In this document: positions 29,526-38,609 of the stretch, in pieces
Numbering within the stretch: position 1 is the stretch's first letter
Layout: each line of letters starts with the position of its first letter
NCBI GenBank assembly: GCA_963798845.1
Contig: CAWCUS010000006.1
Span: forward strand, 320,001 to 384,000
From: an uncultured Gemmatimonadales bacterium
GTDB taxonomy: Bacteria > Gemmatimonadota > Gemmatimonadetes > Longimicrobiales > RSA9
Direction of reading: 5' to 3'
DNA: 64,000 nt
Made by a program: the position numbers and the translations under genes
The notes under the pieces: generated by a model
Told to the model about the DNA's origin: nothing
The model's input: the letters and a program-made list of their open reading frames with translations, nothing else
Databases searched by the model: none

Positions 29526-29709
29526 GCCGTCAGTATCGAAGGAATCGTCGCCCGCTACAAGGCGCACGGTGCATGCCGCGCCTCGCTCTTCCGCCGCCGC
29601 ACCGCGGTCCGCCCCCGTGCACCGGAGACCGCGCTCCACCCGCCACGATGAAACCCGCGAAAGTCCCGCCCGTATGGATGGCCAGGAAACGCAACCAGGG
29701 AGGGCTCAC

Positions 29710-29949
29710 ATGTCGGAAAACAAGTCAACGTTGAGCAGAATCGTCACCTGGGCGATTCTGGGCATCCTCGCAGTGATCGCGTTCAGACTGGCACTGCGCC
29801 TGTTCGGCTTCGTCGCGGGGCTGTTCGGCTTCGTCTTCGGATCCCTCATGTTCCTGCTTTTCACGGTCGGACCGGTCCTGCTTCTCGGATGGCTCGCCGT
29901 CAAGGCCTGGAAAGCGTTCACCCGGCCGACCCGCCTGACCACGGACTGA
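29710..29949 (+). CDS. Small membrane protein
   Basis: GGAGG RBS; two hydrophobic segments. Confidence 0.75.
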   Translation: MSENKSTLSRIVTWAILGILAVIAFRLALRLFGFVAGLFGFVFGSLMFLLFTVGPVLLLGWLAVKAWKAFTRPTRLTTD

Positions 29950-29959
29950 AGCACAACAA

Positions 29960-29989
29960 GGCGCCGGCAGGCTTGAGCCCGCCGGCGCC
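29960..29989 (-). terminator. Intrinsic terminator (minus-strand transcript from ackA side)
   Basis: Minus: GGCGCCGGCGGGCU-CA-AGCCUGCCGGCGCC followed by UUGUUGU; G-U pair favours minus strand. Confidence 0.65.
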
Positions 29990-30015
29990 GCACCGCCATC
30001 TATGTGATTCACGCA

Positions 30016-30170
30016 GGGGACACCCCGTGAGGCTGTCCCCTCCGGTCGTCGGCCCCCCGCGGACCTCCGGTCCCTTTGTTCACCGCGCCCTCCGGGCGCG
30101 TCTACCGCGCGACTCCGCCGCGCTGGCTCGGGAGGCCGTCGTATCTTCAGCAGAGTGAACATGAGACCGT
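30016..30170 (-). ncRNA. Candidate structured RNA with GGA-loop hairpins
   Basis: Three GGA-loop hairpins and an enclosing UGUUCAC/GUGAACA helix; see findings. Confidence 0.35.
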
Positions 30171-30239
30171 CGAGCGAGTGCCGCAGTAGGGGAACGGTGG
30201 AAAGTTGGCGGCTTCACCTGTGGGGAGTTGCCCGACAGA

Positions 30240-31481
30240 TCAGTACCGGCTCTCGAGCCCCATGACGATCCGGACCGTGTCGCGCGCGATGAGGAGCTCC
30301 TCGTTGGTCGGGATCACCCAAGCCTCGAGGCGCGATCCTTCACGTGAGATGCGGCCGGAGGCCTCGCCCCGGATCTCGCTGTTGGCGGCGTCATCGAGCT
30401 CGAGCCCGAGCCATTCGAGCCCTTCCATGATGCAGGCGCGGATCAGGGGCGCGTTCTGTCCAATGCCTCCGGTGAAGACGACGCCGTCGGCGCCGCCCAT
30501 GGCGGCGAGATACGCGCCGATGTACTTGCGGGTCCGATAGCAGAAGATCTCGATTGCGAGTCGGGCCCTGCGGTCGTAGTGCTCGTCGGCCTCCTCGAGC
30601 AATTCGCGCATGTCGTTGGTGAGGCCCGAGATCCCGAGCAGCCCGGACTGCTTGTTCAGGAGGTTCTCCACCCCGCGCAGGTCGAGCCCCTCCTTCACGG
30701 AGATGTAGTCGAGCACTGCGGGATCGACGTCGCCGGATCGAGTCCCCATGACGAGGCCCTCGAGCGGCGTGAACCCCATGGAGGTGTCCACGCTGTTCCC
30801 GCCTCGGATGGCGCATGCCGAGCAGCCGTTGCCGAGGTGCAGTGTGATGATGTTGACGTCCTCGCGTCCCTTGCCCGTGAGCTGTCGGTAACGGTAGGCC
30901 ACGTAGCGGTGGGATGTGCCGTGGAACCCGTAGCGGCGGATCTTGTGGCGGCGATAGAGGGAGTAGGGGATCGCGTAGAGATAGGATGTTTCAGGCAGGG
31001 TGTGGTGGAAGGCAGTGTCGAAGACGGCCACCTGGGGCACCGCGCCGAGGGAGTCGCGGACCGCGCGCACGCCGGCGAGGTTGTACGGCATGTGGAGCGG
31101 TGCGAGGTCGAGGTGCTCTTCCAGCTGCTTGAGCACGCGCTCGTCGATGGCCACGGAGTGAGAGAAGGACTCGCCGCCGTGAACGACGCGGTGGCCGACC
31201 GCCTGGATCTCGGCGAGGCTCGCGATGTCCACCCCGCTCGCCTCGGATGTGAGCCACTTGAGGATCCAGTCGATGGCGGCGCGGATGTCGCGGATCGAGG
31301 CGGTCGTGCGCGTGTCCCCGTTCACCTCGGTCCAAAGGGACAGCACCGCCTCACCGCCGACGCGCTCCACGATCCCTCTCGCCAGCTGCTCGTCTCGGTC
31401 TTCATCGATCCGCTCCTTGTCGGTGCGGATCAGCTGGAACTTGACCGTGGACGATCCGACGTTCAGCACCAGGACGTTCAT
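30240..31481 (-). CDS. ackA: Acetate kinase
   Basis: [71 protein letters not shown]. Confidence 0.97.
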   Translation of the reverse strand: MNVLVLNVGSSTVKFQLIRTDKERIDEDRDEQLARGIVERVGGEAVLSLWTEVNGDTRTTASIRDIRAAIDWILKWLTSEASGVDIASLAEIQAVGHRVVHGGESFSHSVAIDERVLKQLEEHLDLAPLHMPYNLAGVRAVRDSLGAVPQVAVFDTAFHHTLPETSYLYAIPYSLYRRHKIRRYGFHGTSHRYVAYRYRQLTGKGREDVNIITLHLGNGCSACAIRGGNSVDTSMGFTPLEGLVMGTRSGDVDPAVLDYISVKEGLDLRGVENLLNKQSGLLGISGLTNDMRELLEEADEHYDRRARLAIEIFCYRTRKYIGAYLAAMGGADGVVFTGGIGQNAPLIRACIMEGLEWLGLELDDAANSEIRGEASGRISREGSRLEAWVIPTNEELLIARDTVRIVMGLESRY

Positions 31482-31907
31482 CTATGCCCTCCCGCCCGTG
31501 GGGCGCCCCCGGCTCCGGGCGCACGGCAATCAGGTTCGTTGATGGGGTCAAGATGACGGCGGTCCCGGCCAGCGGCAACGTTGGCGGACGCGGGGATGCG
31601 GACGGTCGGGGCTCCGCGATTCGCTTCGGGACATGGGCATCGCGGGGAGCGGCGGCGGGACCGGGGTATTCGAGCCTGCGGGCGCGGGGGCTGGTTGCCG
31701 GGCTGCGCTGGCGCCGGTATGATCGGGCATCCCCTGCACCCGCCCTGGCCCAATGATGCCTGTATCCGGCCGCCGGATCGTGAAGCGCGGACCATCCTGC
31801 CCGTGGAGAATGGCGCGGTGACCGAGGTGTTGGAGAACCTGCGCCTGCCCGGTCACGAGGCGGGGGTCCCGCCCTCTCCCTCCTCGCCCGCATAGCGAGC
31901 GACCCGC

Positions 31908-33080
31908 GTGCGCTGCGCTCTCGTGTGGGAGGACCGTCTGGCCGGGTATCGCTTCCGTCCCGGGCATCCACTGGATCCACGCCGTCTCGAGCTCACGGTC
32001 GGACTCATACGTGCCCTCGGCATGGTCGGAGACCGGGACCGACCGCTCGTTGCTCCACGGGATGCCACGGATGAGGAGCTCCTCACGGTGCACGAGCCCG
32101 ACTACATCGAGGCGGTCCGGGTGGTCTCGGACGATCCGTGGGCCAGAGTGGACCGCCGTTTCGGGCTCGGGACCCAGGACGTGCCCGTGGTGGCCCGGAT
32201 GCACGAGATGTCGCGGGCCGTGGTCGGCGCCACACTGACGGCCGCCGAGCTGGTCGCGCACGGCCGTGCGACGAGGGCGTTCGCGCCTGCGGGCGGCCTC
32301 CACCATGCCCACGCCGGCGCGGCGTCCGGGTTCTGCGTGTACAACGACCTGGCGGTGGCGATCCGGTGGCTGGAGCGGGTGCAGGGCATGCGCGTGATGT
32401 ACGTGGACTACGACGGCCACCACGGCGATGGCGTGCAGTCGGTGTTCTACGACGACCCTGACGTGCTCACCGTCTCGATCCACGAGAGCGGCCTCTACCT
32501 CTTCCCCGCGTCCGGCTTCGTCGACGAGGTGGGCGACGGCGACGGGCACGGGTTCGCTGCCAACATCCCGCTCGAGGCCCAGACGGAGGATGCGTCCTTC
32601 ATCGCGGCGTTCGACGCCATCGTACCGGACCTCGCGGCGGCCTTCCGCCCCGACATCATCGTGATGCAGGGAGGGTGCGACGCGCACGCCCTCGATCCGC
32701 TGACCCACCTGCGCTGCAGCACGCGCCTGTTCGAGGAGCTGGCGGGGCGAGTGGCGGCGCTGGCCGACCGGTTCTGCGACGGCCGTCTCGTCGCCACCGG
32801 CGGAGGCGGGTACGCGATCCACGAGGTGGTGCCGCGCGCCTGGACGCTCACGTGGGGCGCGCTTTGCGGGCATCCGGCTCCCGACGATGCGCCCGCCGAG
32901 TGGCTGGCGTCCGTGCGCGCGGAGGCGGCGGGTCCGGTGCCTACGCCGTTGCGCGACCCGCCGGACCTGATCCCGCCGTCACAGCGGCGAGAGGAGGTCG
33001 AACGCACCAACGAGCTCACGGTGCAGGCGCTGCGGCGTCGGATCATGCCGATCCTGACCGGTTGGGGGCTGGCCTTTTGA
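31908..33080 (+). CDS. acuC: Acetoin utilization protein AcuC / Zn-dependent histone-deacetylase family
   Basis: GHPLDPRR, GGLHHA, SGFCVYND, DYDGHHGDG, SIHE, GCDAH..DPL, TGGGGY. Confidence 0.92.
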   Translation: MRCALVWEDRLAGYRFRPGHPLDPRRLELTVGLIRALGMVGDRDRPLVAPRDATDEELLTVHEPDYIEAVRVVSDDPWARVDRRFGLGTQDVPVVARMHEMSRAVVGATLTAAELVAHGRATRAFAPAGGLHHAHAGAASGFCVYNDLAVAIRWLERVQGMRVMYVDYDGHHGDGVQSVFYDDPDVLTVSIHESGLYLFPASGFVDEVGDGDGHGFAANIPLEAQTEDASFIAAFDAIVPDLAAAFRPDIIVMQGGCDAHALDPLTHLRCSTRLFEELAGRVAALADRFCDGRLVATGGGGYAIHEVVPRAWTLTWGALCGHPAPDDAPAEWLASVRAEAAGPVPTPLRDPPDLIPPSQRREEVERTNELTVQALRRRIMPILTGWGLAF

Positions 33081-33595
33081 GTGATGACGCCGAGCCGCTT
33101 CCGCTGACCTGGAGCCTGCTGGACAAGGCGGGACACCCCTTCACCATCCGCCCCTACGTCGAAGCGGATCGCGCTGCGGTGGATGCCATGTACGCGGACT
33201 TCGAGCCCAAGCGCTGCGCCCAGGGACTTCCAGCGCTGGACCCAGGTCAGAGAGCGCGGTGGCTGGACGAGATCCTGTCCATGGGTATCCATCTGCTCGT
33301 CGAAGTGGGAAGCGTCGTGGCGGGACACGGCATGCTGATCCCACTCGACGAGCACGCTGCCGAGCTTGCCAACTTTCTTCACCAGGCCTCACGTGATCGG
33401 GGCATCGGGACCGCGCTGAACCGGGCGCTGCTGGAGGTCGCCCGGCGCGAGCGGATCCGACGGGTGTGGCTGTCCGTGGAGCACTCCAACCGCCGCGCGA
33501 TCCGATCCTACGAGAAGGTAGGATTCCGCCAGCGCCCGGTGTCGGTGTGGGCGCCCGAGCTGGAAATGGAGATCGCCCTCATCCCGACTGGATGA
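33077..33595 (+). CDS. GNAT family N-acetyltransferase
   Basis: TTG overlaps acuC stop; RDRGIGTAL motif A, NRRAIRSYEKVGF motif B. Confidence 0.88.
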   Translation: MSDDAEPLPLTWSLLDKAGHPFTIRPYVEADRAAVDAMYADFEPKRCAQGLPALDPGQRARWLDEILSMGIHLLVEVGSVVAGHGMLIPLDEHAAELANFLHQASRDRGIGTALNRALLEVARRERIRRVWLSVEHSNRRAIRSYEKVGFRQRPVSVWAPELEMEIALIPTG

Positions 33596-33672
33596 TCTTC
33601 TTGAATCCTGGCGCGCATAACGACTATCTTCGGACGACCTCGGCAGCACCGCACCTCCGCACGGAGAGAGGC

Positions 33673-34020
33673 ATGGCCACGAAGAAGACCGAGACGACGA
33701 AGTCGAAGTCCACCGCCAAGAAGGCGCCGGCCAAGAAGGCGACCGCCAAGACGGCGACGGCAAAGAAGGCGACAGCGAAGAAGGCCGCGGCTCCGAAGAA
33801 GGCCGCTGTCAAGAAGCCCGCGGCGAAGAAGGCCGCTGCGCCGAAGAAGGCCGCTGCCAAGAAGCCCGCTGCGAAGAAGGCCGCTGCGCCGAAGAAGGCC
33901 GTGGCCAAGAAGCCGGCGGCGAAGAAGGCTGCGCCGAAGAAGGCTGCTTCGAAGACGTCGGCTGCCGGGGCGAAGGCGGGCGTGGGGAAGGGCAAGGCCA
34001 AGATGTCGAAGAACCGCTGA
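33673..34020 (+). CDS. Histone H1-like Lys/Ala/Pro-rich basic protein
   Basis: 115 aa, ~39 Lys by hand count; three 16-aa repeats KKAAAPKKA(A/V)(V/A)KKPAA; GGAG RBS. Confidence 0.85.
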   Translation: MATKKTETTKSKSTAKKAPAKKATAKTATAKKATAKKAAAPKKAAVKKPAAKKAAAPKKAAAKKPAAKKAAAPKKAVAKKPAAKKAAPKKAASKTSAAGAKAGVGKGKAKMSKNR

Positions 34021-34046
34021 GCGGCTGACGAGCCACATGGCGTGGA

Positions 34047-34084
34047 GAAGAGGGGGCGCCCGCTGGCGGACGCCCCCCTTCTTC
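34047..34084. terminator. Probable bidirectional terminator hairpin
   Basis: GAAGAGGGGGCG..CCGC-TG-GCGG..CGCCCCCCTTCTTC between convergent genes. Confidence 0.65.
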
Positions 34085-34130
34085 ATCGCCTCCTGCCTCG
34101 GTCTTCCTCCCCGCCACCTCAGCGCCGGAG

Positions 34131-36026
34131 TCAGGCGTCCGGCACCGTTTCCATCCCGCCCTGTACCCGTACGGTTCGGCGCACCAGAGCGCCGAGGGTC
34201 CCCTGCAGCTCGGCGTGGCTGATGCCGGACGGGAAGCAGACGTCGGCGCCAGTCTCGAGCAAGCGGAGCCGGAGCTTCACGGTTTCGGCGTTCACCACCA
34301 CGATCGGGAGGCGCCGGAGAGACGGATCCGCCCGCAGATCCCGGATCAGGGACACAACCCAGTCCACGCCCTCTCCAGCTGACAGGACGAGCGCCCCCAC
34401 GGGTACGCGCAGCAGCCGCTCCCGCGCCCGATCCAGGTCCGCGGCCACTTCCGCCAGGTACCCCGCCGAGCAGAGGCGAACCGCCGTCGCGACGGCTTCG
34501 GCCCGGAACGGGTTGACCAGCAGGATCTGGTGGCGTGCGGGGGATTCCAGACGCGCAGGAGCGCGCCGGGCCACCACTTCGAGCAGCGCGTCCACCACCG
34601 CCGGATCGTAGCGTCGCCCGGCCTCGCCACGCAGCTCTTCGGCCGCTTCCGTCGGCCTGACCGGCAGCCGGTACGGACGCGGCGAGATCATGGCCACGAA
34701 TGAGTCCACCACCGACAGGATCCGCGCGGAAAGGGGGATGTCGAGGCCGGCCAGACCGTTCGGGTAGCCCGCACCGTCCCATCGCTCGTGGTGGTGGCGA
34801 ACGGCCGATCGCACGCCGGCGGGGAGCGGCACGTCGTCGAGGAGGTGGAGGGCCACATTCACGTGGCCTTCGATGCGGCGCCGTTCCTCGGGGGTACGCG
34901 CGCGGCGTGCAGAGGCGATCAGCCGTCCTCCCACGGCCAGGCGCGCGAGGTCCCGCAGCAGCGCCGCGAGAGCGACTGCGTCCCGCTCCTCCCTGCGCAG
35001 CCCCAGCTCTTCGGCGACCCGGCCGGCGAGGAGCCGGACGAGGCTGCTCCCGCCGCGGAAGAACGGGTCGCGGTATTCCAGGAGACCCACCAGCCGATCC
35101 GTGATTTCGAGCAGGGCGGCCGCGTCACCACCCTCGGCTGCAGGGGCGGCGGGCACTGGAGCCACCGCCGACGATCGGTCGGCTGGCGGAGCTGCCGGGG
35201 ACGCGATTTCTGCGGTACCCGCCGACGCGGGTTCTGTCGCGGCTGTGCCTGCGCCATCGGCAGCGGTGGGCGTGGCGGATGCGGTCCCGTCGGCGGCCTC
35301 CGGCCGCCAGCCGAGCATATGGGAAAGCCGCTCGCGGATACCGGGCGCCGTGGCTTCGGATGCACCACGCGCGGGAGCGATGGCTTCGAGCTTGGCCAGG
35401 AGGCGCGGATCACCGGGCGTGCGGTCGAGGAGCGACCGGTACACCGACGCGGCCTCCTCGCGGAGGCCCTGGCGCTCGTACAGCTCGGCCATGGTCTCCG
35501 TCACCACCTCCCGGGGCAGTCCTCCCGCCGGGGGCGGACTCGCTTCCGTGGTGACAGATGGCCGCGCCTCGTCAGGAGCGGGCGCGTCCCCGTCGGCCGT
35601 TCCGAGGGCGGACGCCGCGACCAGACGCTCGAGGTCACGGACTCGCGCTTCCACCTCGGCCGAATCCGTCAGCCGGTCCAGCCGGCGGAAACGCTCCAGC
35701 CCTTCGTCGAGGCGTCCTTGCGCCACCGCCAGCTGGCCCAGGTGCTGGAGCGCCACCTGGTTGTCCGGGTCCAGCTCCAGCACACGCCGGAATGCGCCCT
35801 CCGCCTCTTCTTCCCTGCCCTGGTCCAGATGCAGCCGGCCCAGCACCACGTACGCACTCGAGTAGTCCGAATGGCGGAGCAGCCCTGCACGCAGGAGCGT
35901 TTCCGCCTGCGCGTAGCGGCCCGCGCGGCGGTACGCGTCCGCGAGGTGGGGGAAAACGAGACCGTCTGGGTGAGCGGCGTGAAGCAGCTCGAGGCGGCTG
36001 ATCTCGTCGCGGTTGTTTGACGCCAT
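34131..36026 (-). CDS. TPR + degenerate HD-GYP + REC-like domain protein
   Basis: N-terminal TPRs; RDPFFRGGS, LLRDL (HD lost), HHHERWDGAGYP, RPYR; C-terminal receiver-like fold. Confidence 0.85.
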   Translation of the reverse strand: MASNNRDEISRLELLHAAHPDGLVFPHLADAYRRAGRYAQAETLLRAGLLRHSDYSSAYVVLGRLHLDQGREEEAEGAFRRVLELDPDNQVALQHLGQLAVAQGRLDEGLERFRRLDRLTDSAEVEARVRDLERLVAASALGTADGDAPAPDEARPSVTTEASPPPAGGLPREVVTETMAELYERQGLREEAASVYRSLLDRTPGDPRLLAKLEAIAPARGASEATAPGIRERLSHMLGWRPEAADGTASATPTAADGAGTAATEPASAGTAEIASPAAPPADRSSAVAPVPAAPAAEGGDAAALLEITDRLVGLLEYRDPFFRGGSSLVRLLAGRVAEELGLRREERDAVALAALLRDLARLAVGGRLIASARRARTPEERRRIEGHVNVALHLLDDVPLPAGVRSAVRHHHERWDGAGYPNGLAGLDIPLSARILSVVDSFVAMISPRPYRLPVRPTEAAEELRGEAGRRYDPAVVDALLEVVARRAPARLESPARHQILLVNPFRAEAVATAVRLCSAGYLAEVAADLDRARERLLRVPVGALVLSAGEGVDWVVSLIRDLRADPSLRRLPIVVVNAETVKLRLRLLETGADVCFPSGISHAELQGTLGALVRRTVRVQGGMETVPDA

Positions 36027-36162
36027 GTACCGGGCCGGTGGACGAACGCAGGTGTCGTTCGCCCGGGAATATGCGCGGGCCCCGAGTCTGTCCACAAGCG
36101 CGGCGGCCCGGATCAGCCGCCGTTCATTCGCGCGGTTCGGCGGAGTGGGGCGGCGGGTTGTG

Positions 36163-36927
36163 TCAGAAGATGTATACGGGCGTCCCGACGCTCACCAGCT
36201 TCGCCAGCTTCAGAACGTCCTCGTTGTTCATCCGTATGCAGCCGTGGCTGGCGGCGTCGCCGATGCTGTCCTGATCGTAATAGTGGGTGCCGTGGATCAT
36301 GTATCCATCGCCGAGGGACAGCTTGACCGGGCCCAGGGCATTAGGGATCACGCGCTGGGGGCTGTCGAGGGGAGGTATGAAGATCTTCCCGTCGAAAACG
36401 ATCTCGCTCCCCGGGGTGAACGGCCACCAGTTGCCCCAACGATTGACGCGTCCTACCCGGTTGTCGCGCACGTCCAGGTAGGTGCCATCGGAGAGCCCCA
36501 CGCGATCCCCGTCGTTCAGGTGCACAGGCTCCAGGCCTCGAGCGGCGGCCTTCTCGAAGTAGTGCCAGTCGGGCGGGACCCAGCTCGGGTCCTCCCTCTT
36601 GTTGAGGATCCGGCGCTCGCCTTTGGGCGTGTCGAACCGGTACGTCCGGTCCGCGAACTTGAAGACCGTCCCCTTCCCCACCGCCACCGGCGCAGAGAAG
36701 ACGGTGTCTCCGTGCACGACCAGCCAGAGACGTCGCTCCTCCAGCGACACGAGGATCTTCCGGCCGGGATCGGCGGCGGCGGCTTTCACCACGGCACTGT
36801 CGACGCCGGAGGGGCTCGGGATCAGGCGCTGGCTCTGTGACGCCCCGGCGGTGAGCACGGTCACCGCCAGACCCAGCGTCGCTGCGGCCGTCGCGGTGGT
36901 CCCGATTCTACGCTGGAGCTTTTGCAT
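36163..36927 (-). CDS. L,D-transpeptidase (YkuD/ErfK family)
   Basis: Signal peptide; APVAVG, TPKG, YMIHGT...ASHGCIRM, VGTPVYIF. Confidence 0.93.
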   Translation of the reverse strand: MQKLQRRIGTTATAAATLGLAVTVLTAGASQSQRLIPSPSGVDSAVVKAAAADPGRKILVSLEERRLWLVVHGDTVFSAPVAVGKGTVFKFADRTYRFDTPKGERRILNKREDPSWVPPDWHYFEKAAARGLEPVHLNDGDRVGLSDGTYLDVRDNRVGRVNRWGNWWPFTPGSEIVFDGKIFIPPLDSPQRVIPNALGPVKLSLGDGYMIHGTHYYDQDSIGDAASHGCIRMNNEDVLKLAKLVSVGTPVYIF

Positions 36928-37103
36928 CGAACTACCCCTCACACCCGCAGATGCACCCTTCGATTCCCTCGCTCACCGAGTCGCAAACACTGCACAACAC
37001 GGACCAGCCAGCAGCCCCCCTGCTGCCCCCGTATCCTGTTGGGGTGCCGCAGCTTTGCGGCCACCTCATGGCCGACTGTGTCGCGGTTTTCGTAGGCGTG
37101 GCG

Positions 37104-38327
37104 TCATCCCAGCGACGGCACGGGGATCCCGCGCGTGGCCAGGATCCGCTCGAGCGTCTGGCCGATCTTGCTATTGGGCGTGGACGCACCGGCCGTGAAG
37201 CCAATGGTGATCGGGCCGTGCGGCAGCCATTCGGCCGCCTCCACTTCCGCGGCCTCGGGATCCAGCTCCGGCTTGTGCCGAATGCGGCCGGCCACGGGAT
37301 CGATGCAGGTCGCATCACTAATATGGTAGGTGGTCGTGTGCTGTCGACAGAGGTGCGCCAGGTGGTTCGTGTTCGAGGAGTTGTAGCCGCCGATCACGAT
37401 CATGACATCGGGCGGTTCCTGCATCAGCTTTCGGACCGCGTCCTGCCGCTCCTGCGTGGCGGAACAGATGGTGTCGAAGCTGCGGAAATGCCGGTCGAGC
37501 GTCTCCTCGCCGAAGCGGCGGGCGAGGCTCTCTCGCAGCGAGCGGGCAATGGACAGAGATTCGTTGGCCAGCATCGTCGTCTGGTTGGCCGCTCCGACGC
37601 GGACGAGGTCCGTTTCCGGATCGAACTCGGGCGAGGCCTTGCCGCGGAAGTGGCTGATCAGCGCTTCACGGTCGAGCGCAACCCCGTTCCCCTCGATGTA
37701 GTCCGTCAGCAGCTTCGCCTCCTCCATGTGCCGCACGATGACGTACCGTCCTCCGTGGCGGTTCACCTGGGAGGCCGTGGCCCGCGTCTCCTCGTGGCGG
37801 TGCTTGCCGTGGATCACGGCGGTGAACCCGTCGCGGGCGTAGCTGTCCACTCTCTTCCACACGTTCAGGACCGAGCCGCACGTCGTGTCCACCAGGATCG
37901 CTCCGGTGCCCTTCAGCGTCTCGAAGTCGTGCAGCGTGACGCCGAAGGCGGGAAGGATGACGACGTCGTCGGGGGTGAGGTCGGAGAAGTCGAAGCGGCC
38001 GTCGCCGTCCGGATAGAGGAAGCGGATCCCCATGTCCCGCAGGCGCTGGTTCACGTGCGGGTTGTGAATGATCTCACCGACCAGGAACATGCGGCGCTGC
38101 GGGAACTTCAATGCCGTCTGGTACGCGTACTCCACGGCGCGGTCCACACCGTAGCAGAAGCCGAACTCCTCCGCGAGGCGGACCGTGATGTCGCCGTAGA
38201 GCGCGGTGTGACCTTCGGCGGCCTTTATCTGTGCCACCACCGCGCTGTGGTACTCGGCATCGAGAACGGGCTGGACCTCCTGTTTCAGACCCAGGCCGCG
38301 GCGGAAGTAGGTCTCGGATTCGGGCAT
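37104..38327 (-). CDS. ispH: 4-hydroxy-3-methylbut-2-enyl diphosphate reductase (long form)
   Basis: FGFCYGVDRAV, IIHNPHV, DTTC, HEET, NQTT, DTICSATQERQ, SSNT, AGASTP. Confidence 0.96.
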   Translation of the reverse strand: MPESETYFRRGLGLKQEVQPVLDAEYHSAVVAQIKAAEGHTALYGDITVRLAEEFGFCYGVDRAVEYAYQTALKFPQRRMFLVGEIIHNPHVNQRLRDMGIRFLYPDGDGRFDFSDLTPDDVVILPAFGVTLHDFETLKGTGAILVDTTCGSVLNVWKRVDSYARDGFTAVIHGKHRHEETRATASQVNRHGGRYVIVRHMEEAKLLTDYIEGNGVALDREALISHFRGKASPEFDPETDLVRVGAANQTTMLANESLSIARSLRESLARRFGEETLDRHFRSFDTICSATQERQDAVRKLMQEPPDVMIVIGGYNSSNTNHLAHLCRQHTTTYHISDATCIDPVAGRIRHKPELDPEAAEVEAAEWLPHGPITIGFTAGASTPNSKIGQTLERILATRGIPVPSLG

Positions 38328-38609
38328 CGGCGCTCTGCGCTCCTGGTGGCATCGTCATCGTCCAGCACGGGTCCCGCAGGGTAGCCGCCACCCGCGCCGT
38401 GATGAAGACCCCGTCGCTGCGGCCGTGTTCCGCCGGGAGCGGCAGGCACGGGCAATGTGGCCGGGGTGCGGAGTTCGGAGCATGGCGTCCCCCACGGACG
38501 AGCCGTTCGTCGCTCCGATGGCTACGGCGGCAGCGCATGGCGGGCGGTCGCGCGGGAGGCGGAAATGCTATACCTTACGCGGCTTTCAGTCCCCTTTGGA
38601 GGTGGAAAT

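Noticed and set aside
29725..30162. 145-aa minus-strand ORF; also a hammerhead ribozyme (CUGAAGA) or 6S RNA here
   Set aside because: The ORF overlaps a better gene and crosses a terminator; the hammerhead GAAA core is absent; the fold is multi-hairpin rather than a 6S-like rod.
33624..34001. Minus-strand Phe/Ala-rich 'membrane protein'
   Set aside because: It is the antisense mirror of the AAG-rich histone H1-like gene.
36930..37100. c-di-GMP-I or c-di-AMP riboswitch upstream of the L,D-transpeptidase (hairpin followed by CGCAAAGC on minus strand)
   Set aside because: Lacks the GGCAAA element, GNRA tetraloop and receptor; partial resemblance only.
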